Assembly: GCA_964546285.1 (NCBI GenBank)
Contig: CAZJJK010000001.1
Span: forward strand, 38,131 to 102,130
Direction of reading: 5' to 3'
Length of the DNA: 64,000 bases
From: an uncultured Treponema sp.
Lineage (GTDB): Bacteria; Spirochaetota; Spirochaetia; Treponematales; Breznakiellaceae
Shown here one piece after another: positions 47,055 to 56,935 of this stretch; the first letter of the stretch is position 1, and every line of letters starts with the position of its first letter. Made by a program: the position numbers and the translations under genes. A model generated the notes under the pieces. The model did not search any database. It was not told the DNA's origin and saw only the letters and a program-made list of their open reading frames with translations.

Positions 47055-49258
47055 TATGGAGCCTCTTTCACCTTTGGATACTCTATCCTATTGTGAAAAT
47101 ATCCCGCTAAAACACGCGCGAAAGCCTTCTTTATCAATTCAAGATCTCGGAATGTTAATTCCGACTCCGAAAGTTGACCCTGACTGAATTTTCCCATGAT
47201 GATTTCTTGTATAAACTTTTCCATCTTAGCCATAGTCGGTTTTTTAAGGCTCCGTATAGCCGCTTCAACGGAATCGGCTAACATCACCACGGCTGATTCT
47301 CTTGTCCTAGGCGGATTACCCGGATAGGAGAAATCATCCGGCTTAACCTGATCTTCCCTTTTAAGCGCTTCGTTATAAAACCAAGTAATTACAGAGTTGC
47401 CATGATGTTCGGAAATTATATCGATCAGGACCTGTGGCAGACGCAAACTTCTCGCTTTTTCTATACCGAGTTTAACATGGCTTCTAATAACAGTGGCTGA
47501 TAAACGCGGCGCCAATTCCTCATGTTTATTATAGGCCGCTTGATTCTCTATAAAATACTCAGGCTGGTCTATCTTGCCGATGTCATGATAATAGCCGCCA
47601 ACCCGCGCTAAAAGCGCGTCCGCTCCTATTTCCTGACAAGCCGATTCAGCCAGATTCGCCACCATCACGGAATGGCTATATGTCCCTGGAGCGACAGTCA
47701 ACAAGCGTTTTAATATTGGCGCGTTCAGATCCGATAATTCCGTAAGTCTAAATGTCGTGGCGGCGTTAAGCGCTTGTTCAAGCAGCGGAAGCAAACCCAA
47801 CACCAATAAAGTACCGACAAGGCCATTAAAGGCCGCCCAAAAAAGTATGGAAGGATAGACCGATACCGCGGCTTCTTGCCAAAACAATAAAATTATCGCC
47901 AAAAATATATGGACAACAGCTAGAAGAGCTCCCGCCTTCAATAGATCCATCCGCTTTTCAACACCGCGAAGCATAAAGGCCCCTGATGCGCCAGACAACA
48001 CGGCAAATACGAATGAAGCTGGATCAAATAAACCAGCGACATAGGCGGCTAAGGGGAAGCTAACGATTACGGCTACAGCTACACGCGGATTCATTAGGAC
48101 AGCGCAAATCATGGCGAATAAAGCGGTTGGGACATAAACGGCGCGCAAAGCGGAGCTGGAAGCGAAGAATAGATCAATTAAGGCGACAATGAGGATATAA
48201 AGCGGCGCCGCGGCCGCCAACACATAAATTTCTTCTTGATTTAAGCTTCGCCCGGCCATACGCGGTCCAGCCAAAAATAGGGCAACGCCAAGGATTATCA
48301 ATAACAAGCCAACGATAGCTAGACCTCGGTTCACACTATCATCAACCTCTGCCGTCCCCAACGCTTGAAGTTTTACTATATCAGCCTCCGTCACGACAAA
48401 ACCCTTACGAACTATTGATTCTCCTTGCTCAATACGCTTAAGAACAGGTTTGGCTTTTTCGGAAGCTAACAAACGCCTTTTGTCGGTTTCCTCAGGAGAA
48501 TAAAAAACATTTTCCACAATAAACGCTTGAAGCAGACTGGAGGCTACGCTCTTAAAAGTTGAAGGATATTCCCCGTTCGCGACAAGAACATCGATCCTGG
48601 CCGATATACCATTAAGCGTCATCACACTATTTTTTTCGTAATTTTCCGTGAGAGATCCGCCATTATGCGGCCTTATCAATTCAACGCTTGAGGATATTGT
48701 TGTCAGAGCCTCCTCTGGCAAAGACCAAATACCTTCTTCATATAGCTTTTCCAAAACTGAACGCAACTGATCTAACGAACGTAAATCACCAGTACCACGA
48801 AATAGCGCGATAAGCGTTTCAGTATCAAAATATCCGGGAAAGTCACGCCTCAATCGCTCAGCGAAGGCCGCTGGACCTATATCGCTTTCAAGAAGTTCAG
48901 AAACCCGTTCAGAAAAGGAAATGAACTGTGAAATGGCATGTCTGCTCGTTTCCGCCGATAAAACAAACACCGCCGGAACCTGAGCTTGGAGAGCTTCCAG
49001 CCCTAAACGTGTAGCTTCCTCATCGACATAGGAGACAGGCCGATCGGCGACAACATCGCGTTCAGCCACCTTACCCGCCTCAAAGTCGTCATAAATTCTT
49101 TGCAAGCGATTTTTAGCGCCGGCGTTGCCAACAGAGATAACGCAAACCACAAGAAAGGCGCCCGCCACAACTAGGCTTGGTCCTCGCCGAACCTTTGGAA
49201 GCGCTAAAGAGCCAAACCAGGGCAGCCTGGAGCTTTCTTTATTCCGTCTCGCGTTCAT
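47054..49258 (-). CDS. pgpH: 7TM-receptor / HD-domain phosphohydrolase (PgpH/YqfF-type, predicted cyclic-di-AMP phosphodiesterase)
   Basis: Extracellular N-domain, 7 TM helices, and an HD domain HSVMVANLAE...GYYHDIGK...SEHHG. Confidence 0.85.
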   Translation of the reverse strand: MNARRNKESSRLPWFGSLALPKVRRGPSLVVAGAFLVVCVISVGNAGAKNRLQRIYDDFEAGKVAERDVVADRPVSYVDEEATRLGLEALQAQVPAVFVLSAETSRHAISQFISFSERVSELLESDIGPAAFAERLRRDFPGYFDTETLIALFRGTGDLRSLDQLRSVLEKLYEEGIWSLPEEALTTISSSVELIRPHNGGSLTENYEKNSVMTLNGISARIDVLVANGEYPSTFKSVASSLLQAFIVENVFYSPEETDKRRLLASEKAKPVLKRIEQGESIVRKGFVVTEADIVKLQALGTAEVDDSVNRGLAIVGLLLIILGVALFLAGPRMAGRSLNQEEIYVLAAAAPLYILIVALIDLFFASSSALRAVYVPTALFAMICAVLMNPRVAVAVIVSFPLAAYVAGLFDPASFVFAVLSGASGAFMLRGVEKRMDLLKAGALLAVVHIFLAIILLFWQEAAVSVYPSILFWAAFNGLVGTLLVLGLLPLLEQALNAATTFRLTELSDLNAPILKRLLTVAPGTYSHSVMVANLAESACQEIGADALLARVGGYYHDIGKIDQPEYFIENQAAYNKHEELAPRLSATVIRSHVKLGIEKARSLRLPQVLIDIISEHHGNSVITWFYNEALKREDQVKPDDFSYPGNPPRTRESAVVMLADSVEAAIRSLKKPTMAKMEKFIQEIIMGKFSQGQLSESELTFRDLELIKKAFARVLAGYFHNRIEYPKVKEAP

Positions 49259-50186
49259 AAGCGTTTATAATTTTCTTGATAAGCGGATTTCGCACAACAT
49301 CCTTAGTATTTAGATAGGAAATATTCACGCCCTCTACATCAGTCAGCAATTTTATGGCATGAAGCAGTCCAGATTCCATTCGCCGAGGCAGATCTACTTG
49401 AGTGACATCACCGGTAATTATTGCCTTTGAGCCTTCCCCAATCCGAGTTAGAAACATCTTCATCTGTTCTTTGGTTGTATTTTGAGCCTCATCTAGGATA
49501 ATGACACAATCATTCAGGCTGCGTCCGCGCATATAAGCCAACGGAGCGATCTCTATCGTTCTAGCCTCATCCAACCTTCTTATCGTTTCATAAGGAAGTA
49601 TAGTTTCCATAGCGTCATAAAGCGGTCTAAGGTATGGATTTATCTTTTGGGCTAAATCTCCGGGCAAAAAACCTAGGCTCTCGCCAGCTTCTACCACGGG
49701 GCGGGTCAGTACCAGCTTACGTCGCCGTTTTGACAGCACATCCTTCAAGGCTTCGGCGACGGCTAAAAAGGTTTTACCCGTACCAGCTGGACCAACGCAA
49801 AACACGATATCATGGCGGCGAATTGCTTGTATATATTTTACCTGATTAACGCCTCTAGGAAAGACTGGAGTAAACCCATGCGGCACCTTGATCACCGAAT
49901 CCTGAAACATCGCTTCCTGCGAGCGGGTTTCAGGGTCACTTAAGCCCTCAATAATGGTCTTTATATAATCGGGAGAAGCTTCTTCACCCTGCCTAACGAT
50001 TTGAGCGATGCGATCAATTACATCTTTAAACAGGAGATCCACATTGTGCGGCGCGTCATCAAAGTATAATTCGTTGCCTCTCGCCGCTACCTTCCCCCCA
50101 AGGGCGCTTTCAATGAGTTTTAGATTTTCATCGTTGGCGCCGCATACCCCGCTGAGGATTTCCGCGTTTTCTAAGACGATAGTCAA
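49239..50186 (-). CDS. phoH: PhoH-family ATPase
   Basis: VFCVGPAGTGKTFLAVA, ILDEAQN, ITGDVTQVDLP. TTG start as in the ORF track. Confidence 0.9.
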   Translation of the reverse strand: MTIVLENAEILSGVCGANDENLKLIESALGGKVAARGNELYFDDAPHNVDLLFKDVIDRIAQIVRQGEEASPDYIKTIIEGLSDPETRSQEAMFQDSVIKVPHGFTPVFPRGVNQVKYIQAIRRHDIVFCVGPAGTGKTFLAVAEALKDVLSKRRRKLVLTRPVVEAGESLGFLPGDLAQKINPYLRPLYDAMETILPYETIRRLDEARTIEIAPLAYMRGRSLNDCVIILDEAQNTTKEQMKMFLTRIGEGSKAIITGDVTQVDLPRRMESGLLHAIKLLTDVEGVNISYLNTKDVVRNPLIKKIINAYERETE

Positions 50187-50262
50187 CCGGACGTCCCATA
50201 CGCCTTTGCGGCGTCATAAGATAGAATAACGAACCGGCTCTCTGGCCGTAACGTAGCTAAAG

Positions 50263-50291
50263 ATTTTAGCGGCACCCAAGAACTCCGTCAA
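50263..50291 (-). promoter_or_regulatory. Sigma70-type promoter for the phoH-pgpH-ybeY-corC cluster: TTGACG-17 nt-TAAAAT (minus strand)
   Basis: The reverse complement of 50286-50291 is ttgacg and of 50263-50268 is taaaat, with an exact 17-nt spacer, about 75 nt upstream of the phoH start. Confidence 0.45.
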
Positions 50292-50427
50292 GATCGAAAT
50301 CAAGAAGCGTAAAAATAATAGCGAAAAATCCTTGTCGCCATATTTTTCCGCTTTCTTAAGCGTAGAACCTGTTAAGATTTAAGAAATCAGCTTTAATAAA
50401 GAAGCTCATCCTCTATTCTTAACCCCT

Positions 50428-53400
50428 TTACTTAAAAGCGAAACCATCCTTATCGTCTTTAATCTCCGTCTTAAATTCGCTAAAGGGAAGCCATTGGATT
50501 AAAAAAGACAGCGCGTTATTGAAACGATAAATTCTATTAACGTTGTCTAAATAAGGAGTTACTGAAAGTGAAAGCTTAGCGTTCCAATCTCCTAAATAAT
50601 GAGTGGCGGTAAAAGCCAAACTACGTAGTTTAAATCCAGACGCGCGTCTATCCGCCTCCCTAAAAAAATTGAATGATTTGAGCAGATCGATAAATATGTT
50701 TTTTTCACCCGGTAATGACTGAATCCCAAAATCCAAAAAAGGAAGGTCTTGAATATAGCGATATAAGACAGAATTCTGTGACACCGATGAAAACGATAAG
50801 TCTAGAAATTTATGAATTTTAAATGTTGATCCAAAGGTAAAACTCATTGTGGATTGGGTTACTCGAAGCAAATCCAAGCTTAATGAACTAGACAAATCCA
50901 GAGACGCGGAAACACGATTTAGCCAAAATGGTTCTATCGCATCACTAAACTTATAGGAGAGTATCAAATTTTTTGGATGCAAGGCTTCAGAATCCAGCGA
51001 AAGACGCCACCCAAGATTTTGATCCCAATAATAGGAACGTGTTTTTGTAGCGTTAAATTGCGCGTTAAAAGTGTCAAGACTCAAGGAAGTCTCAAAATTC
51101 GTAAATTCATTAATATCTGGGTTATAAACTACTTTTTGAGTAAGTGACTTTTTCGAATCAAAAATAATTTTTTCGTTGAGGCTTATCGGATTTAATTTAA
51201 AAATGGAGCCTTTACTAACCGCGCCGATGCTTACGCTTGTCGTTGAAATACCGGCATTTATAGTAGATGAGAGAGAGAAACTTGTATCACGAGGCGGTAA
51301 TTCGGCCTTTAGGTTTAGGGATTGAGTTTGGTCATAGATGAGAGCGGAAAAGTTAAATGACAGAGAATGAGAGCTGATAGACTCCTTGTCCCACGATGGA
51401 CCGGTTATTTCCCATTTGGGGACGCTTGCCGAACCGACGAAGGCCACTTCCGTTAGCTCGCCGCCAATAACGTAAGAAACGCTACTTGAACCCCAGGTCA
51501 TATCACCAGAAAAGGGTTTTGAATTAAAACCGGCGCTAAGCGAGCTCTTGAAAAAAGTTAGACTATAATCTCGCTTTATTGCCGCCTCTCTTTCACTCGG
51601 TGTATCATAGGCGGCAACCGAGTCGTTGAGATACGGATGCGTTTGCAATGAGGCATTGGCTTTCAGCGCTAGAGTAATATCCGCGAGTCCGTTGGAAGAA
51701 GCATAGTGCCCCGCTATCTCGCTTGATGCTTTCGCTGTAGTCAATACACTTGTAAAGCTGTCCCAACTCACAGCGTCTATGCTATTCACGCCATCCTGCC
51801 CGTTTGGAAAAAACGCGTCAAGCGTTAAACTTGGGGACAAAGAATAACTAAGATCCATCGATGCCGTTGGCGATACCCGTGATAAGTCAAACCGTTGGCT
51901 TAGGTCCGGCGGCTTTAGAATAGCGGCCGTTCCTGGCGCTCCCTTTTGTCCTTGCGTTACATCATTTTCTGGTTTTTTTTCATCAAAACTTTCGCCCCAT
52001 GGTGATCGAGGCACGCCAAATCCAAAAAAATCATCCGCGGCTTCATCTTTTTTAGAAGCACCGTCTGCCACGGTATCTTTTTTTAATACCGATGACCATG
52101 AATAGGGCTTACCTGAAATGGCCGAGGTAACTGAAATAATATTGAACTTATCGGGATAAAAAAAACTTCGATTGGGCGAATACTGACTGACGCTTTTATC
52201 ATCCCCTTTACTAAAACTAAGAGAACTGGATGCGCTGGATACAGAAAATGCACTTATGTATGGCGCTAAATCCTTTATATCTGGGCGATATGAGGTAGAG
52301 ATTTTCCACTGAAAGGTAGAGATTACCCCCGCGCTAGAATCCGCTGACTCAGCCGCCGCCCCCTGCTTAATAATATTGAACCAATCCATATTTTCTGAAC
52401 GGTTTAAAAAATCCTGATCCACAAAAGGATCGGAATACAGAGGGAAAGACCAGCTAAACGGAAAAACCTCAGTTTTAAGGCTGCCCTCCGCCTTAAGCCT
52501 AAACCTAAAAGGATAACGTAGTGAAAAAACGGTAGAATAGTTCCAATCGCTGGAACCGTCCGCCGCGTATGGCGTATAGTTTACCCCAAGCTTGTTAACG
52601 GTACGGCTAAACGCGATTCCGGCGGACAGGCTTAAATCCCCAATTTGCCCTTCGCCTGGCCAATCCAGGGTAAAACCTAGATATGCGCCTAGATTCGCGT
52701 ATATATCTATCAAAAGAGCCAATCGTTTCCCATCGTCGGGGCTAGCTTTACTTCCGCTTTTTCGTAGAAACAATCCATCCTGGACGGTATTTGGACTCTC
52801 TTCGGTTTGTAATATCTTCATAATAGAACTTTCTGACTTAGTTGCCGGTTTTGGTTTCCCTAAAATATAACTTGTCGTTTGAACATAGGAACCGACCCTG
52901 GGTCTATAGCCAAGAACTGGATGAAAGATAAGTTCATCCCCGGGCAGATAAAAAAAAGGTATATACAGAAGAGGTATCTCGCCTACCTTAAGGACGGCGT
53001 TTGACACGGCCCATTCAGAGCTTGGCAGCAACCAAATTCGGGACGCCTCAAGCGACCAATAGACATCTTTTTCCGCGGCGGTACGTATTTCGGCGTCTCC
53101 AAGTATCGTAACATCATCGCCGGTTTTAGCGATAATATCTCCCTTAAATATATAGGCGACACTCTCACCTTTTTGGCTTTTTTCAGAAGCCCCGCTAAGG
53201 AAAACGCCGGTAAAATCGTTTAGATCGATGTTTAACGATTGGCCGCGAAATATTTCGGCTGAGGCGGAGCCGCTCTGAGAATATTCCACATCGCCATAAG
53301 CGCTGACACTGTTTTTTGTTCGGTTGTAAATGATTTCGTCCGCTTTTATCCTATGGGTCGTTTCCCCGTCCTTAAGGCTTACAACCACCGCGCCAGAAAG

Positions 53401-53811
53401 CCGCGCGTAATCTTCTCCCACAGCTTCCAAACTAAAGTATTCAGTTGAATGCGCGCTCTCAACAACTATGGAAAGACCTTCATTCTCCGTTTTTTTCACA
53501 GCTGCCTGGGCGGAAAGCCCAAAATGAGCGCGTAAACGGGTGCTTAGGTTTTCTTTTGTGCCGGATTCATCCAAACCCAGATCACGACACCAAGCAAGCA
53601 ATTCCTGAAAGGTGGCTGTACGTATATCTAAATCCAAACGGCGCTCTTCATCGCTAATCAAGTCCGCCGCCATAGCGTCTTCGCTTGATTCACGTAAAGG
53701 CGCCTCTGTCTCCGCTGTTTCTTCTTGGCCGAAGACCCCTTGAGAAAACGCGAAAACCAGCGCCAGGCTTATAGCACATAGCCGCGTTAAACCAAGGTAA
53801 GACCGTCTCAT
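50428..53811 (-). CDS. Large outer-membrane protein, LptD/OstA-like, with an N-terminal SAP-like helix-extended-helix motif
   Basis: Signal peptide. SAP-like FQELLAWCRDLGLDESGTKENLSTRLRAHF (aa ~65-97). OstA-like HRIKADEIIYNRTKNSVSAYGDVEY. About 800 aa of Ser/Asn/Tyr/Phe-rich alternating beta-strand sequence ending ...GFAFK. Its ATG overlaps the uvrA stop (ATGA). Confidence 0.6.
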   Translation of the reverse strand: MRRSYLGLTRLCAISLALVFAFSQGVFGQEETAETEAPLRESSEDAMAADLISDEERRLDLDIRTATFQELLAWCRDLGLDESGTKENLSTRLRAHFGLSAQAAVKKTENEGLSIVVESAHSTEYFSLEAVGEDYARLSGAVVVSLKDGETTHRIKADEIIYNRTKNSVSAYGDVEYSQSGSASAEIFRGQSLNIDLNDFTGVFLSGASEKSQKGESVAYIFKGDIIAKTGDDVTILGDAEIRTAAEKDVYWSLEASRIWLLPSSEWAVSNAVLKVGEIPLLYIPFFYLPGDELIFHPVLGYRPRVGSYVQTTSYILGKPKPATKSESSIMKILQTEESPNTVQDGLFLRKSGSKASPDDGKRLALLIDIYANLGAYLGFTLDWPGEGQIGDLSLSAGIAFSRTVNKLGVNYTPYAADGSSDWNYSTVFSLRYPFRFRLKAEGSLKTEVFPFSWSFPLYSDPFVDQDFLNRSENMDWFNIIKQGAAAESADSSAGVISTFQWKISTSYRPDIKDLAPYISAFSVSSASSSLSFSKGDDKSVSQYSPNRSFFYPDKFNIISVTSAISGKPYSWSSVLKKDTVADGASKKDEAADDFFGFGVPRSPWGESFDEKKPENDVTQGQKGAPGTAAILKPPDLSQRFDLSRVSPTASMDLSYSLSPSLTLDAFFPNGQDGVNSIDAVSWDSFTSVLTTAKASSEIAGHYASSNGLADITLALKANASLQTHPYLNDSVAAYDTPSEREAAIKRDYSLTFFKSSLSAGFNSKPFSGDMTWGSSSVSYVIGGELTEVAFVGSASVPKWEITGPSWDKESISSHSLSFNFSALIYDQTQSLNLKAELPPRDTSFSLSSTINAGISTTSVSIGAVSKGSIFKLNPISLNEKIIFDSKKSLTQKVVYNPDINEFTNFETSLSLDTFNAQFNATKTRSYYWDQNLGWRLSLDSEALHPKNLILSYKFSDAIEPFWLNRVSASLDLSSSLSLDLLRVTQSTMSFTFGSTFKIHKFLDLSFSSVSQNSVLYRYIQDLPFLDFGIQSLPGEKNIFIDLLKSFNFFREADRRASGFKLRSLAFTATHYLGDWNAKLSLSVTPYLDNVNRIYRFNNALSFLIQWLPFSEFKTEIKDDKDGFAFK

Positions 53812-56645
53812 GTCTGTTTATCCAAAACGGGCTTGAGATAGTGTCCGGTGTATGAATGCGGATATTGGGCAAGCTGCTCCGGTGTGCCGGATATAATCAG
53901 ATGCCCTCCCCGTTCACCACCTTCCGGCCCTAGATCGATCACTCGGTCGGCTTGAGCGATAACATCCAGGTTGTGCTCTATCATCACAACCGTATTTCCC
54001 GTATCCGTTAAACGTTGAATAACATCCATAAGCTGTTTAACATCGGCGAAATGAAGCCCAGTTGTCGGTTCATCCAGAAAATAAAGGGTTTTCCCCGTAG
54101 ATCTTTTTGATAGCTCCAGCGACAACTTAACCCGTTGGGCTTCTCCTCCGGATAAGGTCAAGGCCGACTGTCCTAATTTGATATATCCTAAACCGACCGA
54201 AAGGAGCGTTTCTAGTTTTCGCGCGATATTAGGAATTACGGCGAAAAACCCAGCGGCTTCCTCTATGGTCATATCCAAGACCTCAGCGATATTTTTCCCC
54301 TTATACCTGATCTCCAGCGTTTCGCGATTAAAACGTTTGCCGTGACAAACATCGCAAGTTATATACACATCCGGAAGAAAATTCATTTCAATCTTTATCG
54401 TTCCGTCGCCCTGGCAATTTTCGCAGCGCCCGCCCTTAACATTAAACGAAAAACGCCCAGCTTTATACGCTCTGATTTTAGCTTCCGGTAAACTCGCGAA
54501 TAGATCGCGAATTCCACTAAAAACGCCAACGTAGGTCGCGGGATTAGAGCGCGGCGTTCGACCTATCGGACTTTGATCTATATTGATCACCTTATCCAAA
54601 TACTGAATACCATCCAAACTATCATAGGCGCCTTCCGGTCTATTTCCCCGCAGCAGTTTATTGGCGACCGCGGGATAAAGAATATCCTCTAATAAGGTTG
54701 ATTTTCCTGAGCCGGATACTCCTGTTACGCAGGTGAAGGCGCCTAACGGTATCTCTATATCAATCCCCTTGAGGTTGTGCTCCCTGGCTCCACGAAGAAT
54801 TAACGCTTTTCCATTTCCCGTGCGTCTTTTCTTCGGAACCTCCATAAATAAATTTCCAGCTAAATAACGGCCGGTCACACTCTCGGGGTTATTCATAATT
54901 TCGTTTGGACTACCCTTTGCGACCACCTCCCCGCCATGAACGCCGGCGCCAGGCCCAAGATCCACAATATAGTCGGCTGTACGCAGGGTCTGCTCGTCAT
55001 GCTCAACTACAATAACCGTATTGCCTATATCACGTAAATAAATAAGCGTATCTATCAAACGTTGATTATCGCGTTGGTGCAGGCCGATAGAAGGCTCGTC
55101 CAATATATAAAGCACGCCAACTAAGCTTGATCCAATTTGAGTCGCTAAACGAATACGCTGGGCCTCGCCCCCTGATAGAGTCGCCGCCTTACGTTCCAAG
55201 GTGAGGTAATCAAGACCCACATTTTTCATAAAGCCCAAACGAGCGACTATTTCTTTAATAATCTGGTCCGCTATCCGCCTATCGGTTTCACTGAATACCG
55301 CTTCTTGAAAGAAAGACAAGCTGTCCGCTACCGATAAATTAGATAGCTCCCATATATTTCTGCCAGCGACGCTTACGGCCAGAGCTTCCGGCCTGAGCCG
55401 CTTGCCGCCACAGCTGCCGCATGGCTTTTGACTCATATATTTCTCAAGCCATTCCTTAATGCCGGGCGATTGGGTTTCACGATAGCGGCGTTTTAAGTCT
55501 TCAAGAATCCCTGGAAATTTAGACTTAAACTCAAATTTACCCGTTTTATCGCGATTCTCATACACCATTTCTATAGGCTCATCGCTGCCGTATAGAATAG
55601 CGTTCATGACTCGTTTGGGCAATTTCTCAAAGGGCGTATCCAAACTAAAACGATAATATTTCGCTAAGCTTTCAAAACGGCTACGCTGCCAGGCGGCTTC
55701 TGGATTATACGGTATAGCCCCGCCTTCATTAAATGAAAGCGAGGGATCTGGGATAACCAGAGTGGGATCAAATTCCAACTTCAATCCTAAACCGGCGCAT
55801 TCCGGACAGGCGCCAAAAGGATTGTTGAAAGAGAATAATCTTGGTTGAAGTTCTGGAATGGATATACCGCATAATGGGCAGGCGGCTTTTTGGCTAAAAA
55901 AATATTCCTCGTCACCAGCGTCGTTTTGCCTTATGACAACCAGCAAGCCGTCTGACGCGCCTACCGCCGCTTCCACCGATTCAGCTAAGCGGCCGCGCCC
56001 TTCTGCCTTAATGATCAAACGATCCACGACAAGTTCAATTGTATGTTTCTTTTGTTTATCTAGTTGTATATCGTCATCCAGAGATAGCATTTCCCCGTCT
56101 ATTCGAGCTCTGACATAGCCCGCCTTACGAGCATCTTCCAATATTTTATGGTGTTCTCCCTTTTTTCCGCGAACCGTTGGCGATAGGATCTGAATTTTAG
56201 TATCTGGAGGCCAATCCATAATTGTATCAATAATTTGATCTAGTGGCTGTTCCTTAATGGTTCTGCCGCAGTTAGGGCAATGAGGGACACCTATACGGGC
56301 ATAAAGCAAACGATAATAATCATATATTTCCGTGACGGTACCGACCGTTGATCTTGGATTTTTATGTGTGGTTTTCTGTTCAATAGAAATAGCCGGTGAA
56401 AGCCCTTCAATATAATCCAAATCCGGTTTATCCATACGCCCAAGAAATTGCCGGGCATAGGCCGATAAACTCTCAACATAACGCCGTTGACCTTCGGCAA
56501 AAATGGTATCAAAGGCCAATGAGCTTTTTCCCGAACCGGATAAACCGGAAATGACGATTAGCTTGTCCCTAGGCAGCTCAATATCGATATTTTTAAGATT
56601 ATGTTCCCGAGCGCCTTTAATGATGATCTTTTCCATGAGAAACAT
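53808..56645 (-). CDS. uvrA: Excinuclease ABC subunit A
   Basis: IIIKGAREHNLKNIDIELPRDKLIVISGLSGSGKSSLAFDTIFAEGQRRYVESLSAYARQFLG, zinc modules (CPNCG, CPLCG, CPECAGLG, CENCQGDG...CDVCHG) and two ABC signatures LSGGEAQR. Confidence 0.96.
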   Translation of the reverse strand: MFLMEKIIIKGAREHNLKNIDIELPRDKLIVISGLSGSGKSSLAFDTIFAEGQRRYVESLSAYARQFLGRMDKPDLDYIEGLSPAISIEQKTTHKNPRSTVGTVTEIYDYYRLLYARIGVPHCPNCGRTIKEQPLDQIIDTIMDWPPDTKIQILSPTVRGKKGEHHKILEDARKAGYVRARIDGEMLSLDDDIQLDKQKKHTIELVVDRLIIKAEGRGRLAESVEAAVGASDGLLVVIRQNDAGDEEYFFSQKAACPLCGISIPELQPRLFSFNNPFGACPECAGLGLKLEFDPTLVIPDPSLSFNEGGAIPYNPEAAWQRSRFESLAKYYRFSLDTPFEKLPKRVMNAILYGSDEPIEMVYENRDKTGKFEFKSKFPGILEDLKRRYRETQSPGIKEWLEKYMSQKPCGSCGGKRLRPEALAVSVAGRNIWELSNLSVADSLSFFQEAVFSETDRRIADQIIKEIVARLGFMKNVGLDYLTLERKAATLSGGEAQRIRLATQIGSSLVGVLYILDEPSIGLHQRDNQRLIDTLIYLRDIGNTVIVVEHDEQTLRTADYIVDLGPGAGVHGGEVVAKGSPNEIMNNPESVTGRYLAGNLFMEVPKKRRTGNGKALILRGAREHNLKGIDIEIPLGAFTCVTGVSGSGKSTLLEDILYPAVANKLLRGNRPEGAYDSLDGIQYLDKVINIDQSPIGRTPRSNPATYVGVFSGIRDLFASLPEAKIRAYKAGRFSFNVKGGRCENCQGDGTIKIEMNFLPDVYITCDVCHGKRFNRETLEIRYKGKNIAEVLDMTIEEAAGFFAVIPNIARKLETLLSVGLGYIKLGQSALTLSGGEAQRVKLSLELSKRSTGKTLYFLDEPTTGLHFADVKQLMDVIQRLTDTGNTVVMIEHNLDVIAQADRVIDLGPEGGERGGHLIISGTPEQLAQYPHSYTGHYLKPVLDKQT

Positions 56646-56733
56646 AGCATACCCTGACCGATAAGGCCGGACAAGTCCCTAGAGCCCAAAATTCAGTCTT
56701 TTTACTTAATATTTGTATAGCTCAGCCCTGTCC

Positions 56734-56762
56734 TTGACTGCTTTCGCTACGCATGGTATTTT
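56734..56762 (+). promoter_or_regulatory. Candidate promoter for tRNA-Val: TTGACT-17 nt-TATTTT
   Basis: -35 ttgact (56734-56739), 17-nt spacer and -10 tatttt (56757-56762), ending about 9 nt before the mature tRNA 5' end. Confidence 0.4.
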
Positions 56763-56771
56763 CCAGCCCTC

Positions 56772-56845
56772 GGGCGCTTAGCTCAGCTGGTCAGAGCGTC
56801 TGGTTTACACCCAGGAGGTCACAGGTTCGATCCCTGTAGCGCCCA
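56772..56845 (+). tRNA. tRNA-Val (anticodon TAC)
   Basis: Hand-folded cloverleaf: acceptor gggcgct/agcgccc, D arm gctc-agctggtca-gagc, anticodon arm tctgg-ttTACac-ccagg, variable loop aggtc, T arm acagg-ttcgatc-cctgt, discriminator A. CCA is not encoded. Confidence 0.9.
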
Positions 56846-56860
56846 AAGCTCCGAGTCTGT

Positions 56861-56898
56861 CTGCGGTTTTAATCCAAAAAGAAGCGCAGCCGTTTTTT
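56861..56898 (+). terminator. Rho-independent terminator after tRNA-Val
   Basis: Stem ctgcg..cgcag with an extended interrupted A/T stem (56861-56889), followed by ccgTTTTTT (T-run 56893-56898). Confidence 0.55.
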
Positions 56899-56935
56899 AC
56901 CTATGCGATAAAGCGGTATTTTTCCTTTACCTTTC

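Noticed and set aside
50300-50341. 13-codon aromatic-rich mini-ORF (MATRIFRYYFYAS) in the lptD-like/phoH intergenic region
   Set aside because: It is very short, has a weak RBS and lies upstream of the predicted phoH promoter. There is no supporting evidence.
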